Positions 56,998-64,000 of a DNA stretch of 64,000 nt are shown piece by piece (position 1 is the first letter of the stretch; every line of letters begins with the position of its first letter). Below the pieces are notes generated by a model, which saw only the letters and a list, made by a program, of their open reading frames with translations, had not been told where the DNA came from and did not search any database. The stretch is taken from the IMG/VR virus record IMGVR_UViG_3300046517_000746. One strand, given 5' to 3'. The DNA comes from an uncultured virus (IMG/VR IMGVR_UViG_3300046517_000746) (Duplodnaviria; Heunggongvirae; Uroviricota; Caudoviricetes). A program made the position numbers and the translations under genes.

Positions 56998-57231
56998 GTG
57001 TTCACCTTTACACCCGCGGTACCGGCAAATTTGCACAAGTTTCTGGCGGCGGTCCTGCAACCATGGATCGATCGCAAGGATCATTCGCGCTTCCGGCTCG
57101 ATACGATCCGCTACGGATTGGTCAGTTTCGAACGCACGCCATGGCCGCTACAACCGCATGATGAGACGATGGTCGGCCCCGCGGGCGAACAGGATCTTGC
57201 GGCGCTGCAGGCGTTCTCGGCCGTCTTTTAA
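56998..57231 (+). CDS. Hypothetical protein
   Basis: GTG directly after the upstream stop. Confidence 0.45.
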   Translation: MFTFTPAVPANLHKFLAAVLQPWIDRKDHSRFRLDTIRYGLVSFERTPWPLQPHDETMVGPAGEQDLAALQAFSAVF

Positions 57232-57253
57232 CCATCAGAAATAGGAGGCTGTC

Positions 57254-58015
57254 ACGGGCTTCTTCCAAGATTTATTTGGCACATCTGGCGATGCCAGTAA
57301 GGCCGCGCAGCAGAAAGTAGCAGGTCTACAGGCGGGTTACGGTCAAGCGACCGATCTCTACGGTCAGGGCCGTAATACGCTGACAGATTATTTTGGGCAG
57401 GCCCAAGGGGCAGCGCAACCGCTATACAATCTCGGCCTCGGGGGCGCTGGAGCTTATGCCGACATCACCGGGGCGGCCGGCCAGGCCGGACAGGATCGCG
57501 CCCGCGCGCTGTTCATGACCGATCCGGGATATCAGTTTGCCCGTGATCAGGCACTGCAGGCGACAGAACGGCAAAGCGGTACCGGCGGCGGACAATATTC
57601 TGGCAATGTGTTGAGTGCATTGGAAGACCGCGCCTCTGGGCTCGCGCAGCAGCAATATGGAAACTATGTTCAGCGGCTGGCACCGTTCCTCGGCTACTCG
57701 CTAGGCGCCGGTGGACAGCTAGAGGGCATCCAAACCGGATTGGGCACTGGTCTAGCCTCGAGCCTCAGCAATCAGGGCAATCTTGCCTACAACACACAGG
57801 CCGGCATCGGCAGTGCGGAAGCAGCGGGCACGCTCGGCGATGCGGCGGCTCGGCAGGCGGGCATCAACAATATCCTTAAACTTGGTGGCCTTGCGGTGAG
57901 TGCATTCACCGGGCTGCCTACCGGCACGTTTGGCGGCGGCGGCGGTGGCGGAAACCAAGTCAGTAATTCCGATCCGTATGGCCTCGGCAATTACAACTAC
58001 AATTTCGGGTTCTAG
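57254..58015 (+). CDS. Ejection/DNA-transfer protein (P22 gp7-like), apparent ACG start
   Basis: AGGAGG SD then ACG GGC TTC TTC; frame open into TDPGYQF...SGN...QQYGNY. Confidence 0.7.
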   Translation, partial: TGFFQDLFGTSGDASKAAQQKVAGLQAGYGQATDLYGQGRNTLTDYFGQAQGAAQPLYNLGLGGAGAYADITGAAGQAGQDRARALFMTDPGYQFARDQALQATERQSGTGGGQYSGNVLSALEDRASGLAQQQYGNYVQRLAPFLGYSLGAGGQLEGIQTGLGTGLASSLSNQGNLAYNTQAGIGSAEAAGTLGDAAARQAGINNILKLGGLAVSAFTGLPTGTFGGGGGGGNQVSNSDPYGLGNYNYNFGF

Positions 58016-58027
58016 GAGGCTGATTTC

Positions 58028-59707
58028 ATGGTCGGCTTTACCGTTCCGATAGCGACCAATCTATTCGGCAATATAGACCCCGAGATTGCCAAGGGTGTGC
58101 CCGTTCCCGATATCAATAATCTGGTGCAGTCGTACAAGGCCGGCAGCGACCTGATCCAGCAATATCAGTTGCAGAATCTGTTTCGGGGCGGTCTACCGCG
58201 CGATCCGATTACGGGTGACTTTGACTATAAGCAAATTGCCGATCAACTTGCACGGGCCACTGGAGCCGGCGCGATCCCGCAATTGGCTGCCTTGCGCGCT
58301 GGAGATATCCAGCAGGAAACCGGGAGAGCAATCGACCGGCTCGCGCCCAAAGTATTTTCCCCTGTCGAACAGCAACCGCAAACGCAGCAACCGGCCCCGG
58401 TAAGTCTCAATAGGACGCCAGGCGCACCTGCTGCGTCATATGCGGCAACAGAAGATCAATCCGGCGGTGGTGAGCGGCGCTTACGCCCAGATCAGCTGGG
58501 CAATTTGGGCGAAGTCACTGGGGTTCAGTATGGGCCAGTTACTGGGCCGAATACCGCCACTCCCTTTGCCGGTGAGCCGCAACCCGGTCCCGGCTATCCA
58601 GAGCAGTTCAGACAGACAACTCAACCGGGACCTCCCACCGGGAGTTTCCAAGTAGCGCAGGCGCAGCCGCAAAGACAGCCAGCACAGGCGCAAACACCGC
58701 AGGCACAACCGCCACCACCAGATCGACCACTGGTACCGGAGGGTGCCCCAGGCTTCTTTACCTTGGAAAATGCCAAGGCCTACGAAGATCGTGCCGCGCA
58801 AGTCGAATGGGCGGCTACACGGATAGGGGCCGATAAAGACTTTGCCGAAGCATCGAAACGACTGGGCGACCGCGCGCAGCAACTCTCTGGCGTGGCGAAA
58901 CAAATTCGCGAGCAGATCGGCAAGCGGGAGGAACTGACGCCGACAATGAAAGAGGGCCTCGCTGCCGGGCTCAGTAACCCGATGGAATACGAGGGCAGAA
59001 AAACCGCGCAGGATCTGCAGATCAAGGCTGGCGATGCTGCATACAAAGGCATTCAGGCAGCATCCTCGCAATATGGCCGAGATCTGAAACCCTATCTTGA
59101 TTTGTCACGTTCGATCCTGAGTGACCCAAGGATGTATTCCGGCATTGGCGGCGAAGCCTCGCTGAACTGGAACCGCGTCAAGGCAGTGATGGGTGATAGA
59201 ACTGGCGCCATGCTTCAGGAGGGCCTGCAAAAAGTAACGGCGCAGACCGTTCTCGGCCTGATCAACACGCAACGTGATCAGTTGATGGAGGCTGGCGGCA
59301 ACAGCGGAAGGATATTCTCGTCCCAAGTTGATCTCGTGCAAAAGGCGGCGCCGACGCTATCCACTACGCTGGGGGGAAATCGCTTCCTCGTTGAGGTGGC
59401 TTCACGCATAGGCGAACTGCAGAACAAGGTCGCCGACATGGCCCGCAATTATAAGACAACGCATCCGCTCGGGCTTGATGCGGGCTTTGATCAGCGGGTC
59501 GCTGACTATCTCAAGGGCAATCCGATCTTTAGCAATCAGGAGCGCAGTGATCCGGCTATCCTTGGTGCTCCTACCGTGCCGTCGACCATTGCCGGAAACA
59601 GGGCGAGCATCCAACAGTGGGGCAACGCATTGGGCCTGCAACAAGGTAATGCTATCCGCTTTCCTGATGGTCAGGTACGCGGCTTTACTCTTCAACCTCC
59701 GCAGTGA
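58028..59707 (+). CDS. Ejection protein (P22 gp20 position)
   Basis: Gln/Pro-rich linker, helical C-terminus; synteny. Confidence 0.6.
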   Translation: MVGFTVPIATNLFGNIDPEIAKGVPVPDINNLVQSYKAGSDLIQQYQLQNLFRGGLPRDPITGDFDYKQIADQLARATGAGAIPQLAALRAGDIQQETGRAIDRLAPKVFSPVEQQPQTQQPAPVSLNRTPGAPAASYAATEDQSGGGERRLRPDQLGNLGEVTGVQYGPVTGPNTATPFAGEPQPGPGYPEQFRQTTQPGPPTGSFQVAQAQPQRQPAQAQTPQAQPPPPDRPLVPEGAPGFFTLENAKAYEDRAAQVEWAATRIGADKDFAEASKRLGDRAQQLSGVAKQIREQIGKREELTPTMKEGLAAGLSNPMEYEGRKTAQDLQIKAGDAAYKGIQAASSQYGRDLKPYLDLSRSILSDPRMYSGIGGEASLNWNRVKAVMGDRTGAMLQEGLQKVTAQTVLGLINTQRDQLMEAGGNSGRIFSSQVDLVQKAAPTLSTTLGGNRFLVEVASRIGELQNKVADMARNYKTTHPLGLDAGFDQRVADYLKGNPIFSNQERSDPAILGAPTVPSTIAGNRASIQQWGNALGLQQGNAIRFPDGQVRGFTLQPPQ

Positions 59708-59713
59708 GCATAG

Positions 59714-61270
59714 ATGCCGGAAATCAATTCCGTGGTTGATCAATTTCCGGCCTACTCGCCGGAGAAGAAACAGGATCTTCCGGCGGACCTGTCAGTCGCA
59801 TCTGAGTTTCCAGAATATAAGGGCGGCCCTCCTCCTGCGGAACCAGCAGCCAAGATGCCTTTAACGCTCTGGGAAGCACGCGGTGAGTTGGCGGGAAAGG
59901 TGCGCGAGGCGGCGCCTTCGCTCTATAGCTCAACCTATGAAAATCCGATGTTGGGAGCGGAGCAGCAAACCGTGCCGCATCCAGAGCGATATGGCGAACC
60001 GCTCTCGAACAAACTATTTGTCAGCGACAGCGGGGAAGTTTCGTTTCAAGACAAGAACGGCGACATCGTCCCGACCGATCGTAGTAAGCATGTCTTTTTG
60101 CGCGGGCCTGATGGTCCGGCGGTCTATTCTCGCTCTGAGGCGACACGCGAAAGTCCTATCGAAGGCGCTTCGCGGGTGCTGTCACTCGGCTTGGGTGGCG
60201 CGAACGCGCCGACGACGGCGCGAGCGGTGGCGCAGACCGCGCCGGTAGCCGAGGCCACGATTCCGAAACTGAGAGAGGCGGCGACTGCGGTCTACGAGGA
60301 TCCAGCGATCCGCGCCCGGCCGGTGGATGCGCAGGCCGTGAATGATGCTTTTACTAAGATCGCACCGCAACTGAAGAACTTCGACACGAGGGTCATTGAT
60401 CGTCTGCACGGAGAACTGAGCGACATTCCCCCGACCATCGGCGGCCTCAATACCGCCAGTGAGCGCCTCGGTGTGATCGCCGGGGAAACGGTCGGACCAG
60501 TTGGCAGTCAGAAAGGGACACCGGCTGCTGCGGCGGCACAGATCGTCAAGCAGAAGATCGATGAGGTGATGCGTACGGTCGCGCCGGAGTGGGCGGTTGC
60601 TGATAAAAATTATAATGCGGCTGAAGCGGCGCGCACGATCATTAACCGCGGTGATCTGGCAACGGTGCGTGCGCGCGGCGGCGATTTTGCCGAGAAAATG
60701 GGGCAGCAGGCGACGACGCTGCTCGCCAATCCGAAACTAACACGAGGCTTCCTACCCGATGAGTTGGATCAGCTCCGCGCCATCTCCGAAGGTCGCCTGC
60801 AAGGCGATAAACTTCGATCTGCTGCGGAGTGGATGACCGGCAAGTTGGCGTTGCTCGGTCCGGCTGCAGCGGGCCTGATCGGTTATGAACATTCCGGCGT
60901 GGCGACTGCACTCGGCGGTATGGTCGGAACTGCTGCGCTTGAGGGCTTGATAAATCGCTTCCTGGGGGGCTCCGGTAATCGTGCCGCGGCAGCGCAAGTC
61001 AATAACTTGGTGGCCAACATTCGTGCCCGCTCCCCTCTAGGACAGCAATTGGCGCAGAGTGCCGCAGATTGGACAACGGCGCAGCGCGCGCTGATGTCAT
61101 CACCGAATAACTACACACTGACAGCTCTAGCGCGATCATCGCGCGATCTGTCCAACGCATTAGGTTCGGTAGGCGTGAAAATCAGGCCAAACGAGCTTAT
61201 GCGCGTTGAGTCGCCCAGTCCAAGCCAGGCCGGCCAGGATCAGCAACAAATTCCACGGCCAGTACGCTAA
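59714..61270 (+). CDS. Ejection protein (P22 gp16 position)
   Basis: Ala-rich with hydrophobic C-terminal helices; synteny. Confidence 0.55.
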   Translation: MPEINSVVDQFPAYSPEKKQDLPADLSVASEFPEYKGGPPPAEPAAKMPLTLWEARGELAGKVREAAPSLYSSTYENPMLGAEQQTVPHPERYGEPLSNKLFVSDSGEVSFQDKNGDIVPTDRSKHVFLRGPDGPAVYSRSEATRESPIEGASRVLSLGLGGANAPTTARAVAQTAPVAEATIPKLREAATAVYEDPAIRARPVDAQAVNDAFTKIAPQLKNFDTRVIDRLHGELSDIPPTIGGLNTASERLGVIAGETVGPVGSQKGTPAAAAAQIVKQKIDEVMRTVAPEWAVADKNYNAAEAARTIINRGDLATVRARGGDFAEKMGQQATTLLANPKLTRGFLPDELDQLRAISEGRLQGDKLRSAAEWMTGKLALLGPAAAGLIGYEHSGVATALGGMVGTAALEGLINRFLGGSGNRAAAAQVNNLVANIRARSPLGQQLAQSAADWTTAQRALMSSPNNYTLTALARSSRDLSNALGSVGVKIRPNELMRVESPSPSQAGQDQQQIPRPVR

Positions 61271-61298
61271 CAACATCACGGCAGCAAGGTAGAGAACA

Positions 61299-62276
61299 AT
61301 GGCAGGCACGATTTTTGGCATTCCTCTATCACAGCGCGTCGATCTCAATGGCATACCTAGTGTGGGATGGAATTTATACCTATATCAAGCCAATACCTCG
61401 ACGCCGGTCAATAGTTATCAGGATACGGCACTTACGGTCCTTAATCCATGGCCGATCCAGGCCGATGCCTATGGCATGATGCGCCAATTTTGGCTGGCGG
61501 ACGGCTCCTACCGGGCGCGCGCCACCTCGGCTGATGGCTCGATCACCTACTTTGATCAGCAGGCGATCCTTGCCCTGGGTGCCTCCTCGGGCGCAGCGCC
61601 AAGCGGTGGCGTAGACGCCACTGCCATCTTCCAGACGGGGGACGTAATTTGGCAAGATAAGCAGGGCACGCGCAGCGGATGGGTACGCGACAATGGCCGC
61701 ACCATCGGCTCGGCAACATCCGGTTCCGCCGAGCGCGCCAATGCCGATTGTCAGCCGCTGTTCGAATTCCTCTGGAATAACTTCAGCAATACGTTCTGTC
61801 CGGTGATCACAGGGCGCGGCGTCTCATCGTTGTCTGACTGGACGGCCAACAAGCAGATCACCCTGCCTGATCATCGTGGCATGTACGCGGTCGGACTTGA
61901 CGACATGGGCAACAGCGCCGCCGGGCGTCTGACGCTGGCACCGATTATTTCTGGCGGGGTTACTACGGCGGGTTCGAGCATTGGCGAGAACGGACACATC
62001 ACCACGGTCGCCGAGATGCCGGCGCATGGGCATACGGCAACGTCTGCCGTCGTCGACCCCGGCCATGATCATACCGTCAAATATAATGGCGGCGCACACA
62101 CGGCAGGCGGCATCGGTGACGTTACCTCGATCAATGCGGCCGGTGGCAGCTCTGGTCAGTCGCTGACAAATACAACCAACATTTCTGTAAATACTACCGT
62201 CAATATCGCCGGGTCCGGTAATCAACACAACAACGTACCGCTATCGGTTCCGGGGACCTTCTTCAGAAAATTGTGA
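61299..62276 (+). CDS. Tail fibre with head-binding N-domain and tail-collar domain
   Basis: LYLYQANTSTP..YQD...NPWPIQADAYG; GWVRDNGRTIG...LPDHRG...H.H...HNN. Confidence 0.75.
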   Translation: MAGTIFGIPLSQRVDLNGIPSVGWNLYLYQANTSTPVNSYQDTALTVLNPWPIQADAYGMMRQFWLADGSYRARATSADGSITYFDQQAILALGASSGAAPSGGVDATAIFQTGDVIWQDKQGTRSGWVRDNGRTIGSATSGSAERANADCQPLFEFLWNNFSNTFCPVITGRGVSSLSDWTANKQITLPDHRGMYAVGLDDMGNSAAGRLTLAPIISGGVTTAGSSIGENGHITTVAEMPAHGHTATSAVVDPGHDHTVKYNGGAHTAGGIGDVTSINAAGGSSGQSLTNTTNISVNTTVNIAGSGNQHNNVPLSVPGTFFRKL

Positions 62277-62300
62277 GTTAACTCTAGCAAGGAGAATACA

Positions 62301-62741
62301 ATGTCTATTGCCGACGTTACGGAAACCAACATCCTCAAGTTGATCTTCAATGCCACGACATGGGCCAACGTGGCCATCAATGATACGACCACACCGATCA
62401 CCCAGATCGCGGTGGCACTGCATACCGCAGACCCTGGTGAGGCCGGTACGCAAACGACTAGCGAAAGTGCATACTCCGGCTACACGCGCATCAACGTCAA
62501 CCGCAATACTGGTGGATGGACGGTCGCCGGTACGACACCGACGGCGGCTTCCCCGGTTGCCAATATCGATTTTCCATCGAGCGGTGCGGCCGGCACGACC
62601 ATTACGTTCTTTTCGGCGGGTAAGACAGGCGGCGGCGCATCCGATATCTACTGGTCGGGAGTGGTATCGCCCTCCATCGCGATCGGTGCCTCCGGCGTCA
62701 TCCCGCGCCTGACTACCGCTTCGACGATCACGCTCGACTGA
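62301..62741 (+). CDS. Virion-associated conserved phage protein
   Basis: VALHTADPGEAG...YSGYTRI; AAGGAG SD. Confidence 0.65.
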   Translation: MSIADVTETNILKLIFNATTWANVAINDTTTPITQIAVALHTADPGEAGTQTTSESAYSGYTRINVNRNTGGWTVAGTTPTAASPVANIDFPSSGAAGTTITFFSAGKTGGGASDIYWSGVVSPSIAIGASGVIPRLTTASTITLD

Positions 62742-63238
62742 TGGAGCATGCCGCCGAGATGCGGCGTTGCCTGATCGAGTGCGATGTGGCTGCCGCACGT
62801 AAGTTGTGGCACCAGATCGCGCCCAAGGCGCCGGCCCCAAAGACCGACCATGATGCGCTCTGTACCATTCACTATGCCCGCACGATCTCGATCGTCGTCA
62901 ACCTGCGGCTGCGCGCCTATTCGCATCACTGGCTGACCGACCGGGGACTTCCATCTGGCTTGCCCGATGAATTGAAACGCAAGGCCGACCGGCTCTATCC
63001 GCATATTTCCGATGCGGTCGGGGTAGCGTGCAAGTCGCACTTCCCCGAGGTGGCCAATGCCGTGCAGGCGGCAATGAGCGAAGCGGTCATGGATTGCTAT
63101 GCCGAAAACCGGCGCGAGCCCAGCTACGTCAAGCCGATCATGATGGAACGCAGGGCGCGCGTGAAGAAGGCACTGCACGGAATTCTGAGCGGGAAGGCCA
63201 CGCAGGATCTGTTACGTCGTATCAAGGAACAGCCATGA
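62741..63238 (+). CDS. Hypothetical protein
   Basis: Coupled ORF; RLRAYSHHWL...SGLPD. Confidence 0.65.
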   Translation: MEHAAEMRRCLIECDVAAARKLWHQIAPKAPAPKTDHDALCTIHYARTISIVVNLRLRAYSHHWLTDRGLPSGLPDELKRKADRLYPHISDAVGVACKSHFPEVANAVQAAMSEAVMDCYAENRREPSYVKPIMMERRARVKKALHGILSGKATQDLLRRIKEQP

Positions 63239-64000
63239 CATTTGTTTTCAAGGACCGCGTCAGAGACATCGCTACGACAACCGGCACTGGCGTATTTACG
63301 GTGAGCGGCACCGCGCCGGTCCTGTACCGAACCTTCTCATCGGTGTGCTCGGTCAGCGATACGCTGCCGTATTTCATTGCACACCGGACTGCCGATGAAT
63401 GGGAAGTGGGGCAGGCGACATATTCGGCAGCCAATCAATTGACACGCACGACGGTTTTGTCATCGAGCAATGCCGGCGCGGCGGTTAGTTTTTCCGCTGG
63501 TACCAAGGATGTCGTGCTGTCGTTGATTGCCGACCCAACCACGATGCAGCAATGGGGAATAGGAGGAGGATCGCCGGGCGGCTCGACTACGCAGATCCAA
63601 TACAACAATGCCGGTACCTTTGCTGGAACGACCGGCTTCACTTGGGACGCGACCAACCAAGCCGTGGTGCATACGAGCATAGCTAATCCGGCCGTCTCTA
63701 CCATGACGCTGACCGGCGGCACGGCGCTAACCACCTCGCAGCCCGTGCTGAACATGACGCAGACATGGAATAATGCGGGTGTTTCTTTTGTTGGATTAAA
63801 GATTGCAATAACTCATACCGCCGCGACTAATGCTTCGCAGATTGCTTCATTCCAGATTGGATCAGCTAATTCGATAGGTATTGCAAAAGAAAAAGCCCTT
63901 GGGATTGGCGCAGTATTGGCCCCTGTTTTTGGCGTTAGTGGAGCGCTTAGTCAAGGATCAACAGACTTACGAATAGGGATAGGTGGCAATCTATTTTTTT
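63235..64000 (+). CDS. Tail fibre/spike, 3'-truncated at window edge
   Basis: MTFVFKDRVRDIATTTGTG...EWEVG N-domain, then modules shared with the 43543 fibre; open to the end of the window. Confidence 0.75.
   Translation, partial: MTFVFKDRVRDIATTTGTGVFTVSGTAPVLYRTFSSVCSVSDTLPYFIAHRTADEWEVGQATYSAANQLTRTTVLSSSNAGAAVSFSAGTKDVVLSLIADPTTMQQWGIGGGSPGGSTTQIQYNNAGTFAGTTGFTWDATNQAVVHTSIANPAVSTMTLTGGTALTTSQPVLNMTQTWNNAGVSFVGLKIAITHTAATNASQIASFQIGSANSIGIAKEKALGIGAVLAPVFGVSGALSQGSTDLRIGIGGNLFF

Overview
The window is entirely phage DNA and appears to hold parts of two different podovirus-type genomes. Phage A (about 1-49,961) looks like a nearly complete, circularly permuted ~50 kb genome. It has a BPP-1/T7-like virion module on the + strand: terminase, T7-type portal, scaffold, major capsid, tail fibre and tailspike, tail tubes A/B, three ejection proteins and an endolysin. 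Its - strand carries a replication/early arm: a split family-A DNA polymerase with a UDG domain, a DUF3987-type ATPase, a Sak4-like ATPase, a Cas4-like nuclease, a UvrD-like helicase and many small ORFs. The two arms diverge from a regulatory region at ~32.5-34.7 kb. I saw no RNA polymerase, primase, integrase, tRNA or CRISPR array. The first 1.7 kb reappears, diverged, at 49,962-51,670 as a second allele of the tailspike 3' end. After it, sequence composition changes and a second structural module (phage B) runs off the end: scaffold, N4-gp56/DUF4043-type capsid, P22 gp4/gp10-like tail and ejection proteins, and tail-fibre genes. This suggests an assembly chimera or a recombinant joined through a shared tailspike gene. 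The main things to follow up are the split UDG-exo/PolA (His at the 762 position), a 12-bp motif TAGCRCAGTCAA whose orientation follows transcription, a family of near-identical sigma70-type promoters, a trio of paralogous disordered GSQ-motif peptides, enzyme domains inside ejection proteins, a tandem stem-loop array before the phage B scaffold gene and an apparent ACG start codon. All protein calls come from motif and synteny recognition by eye, not database searches.
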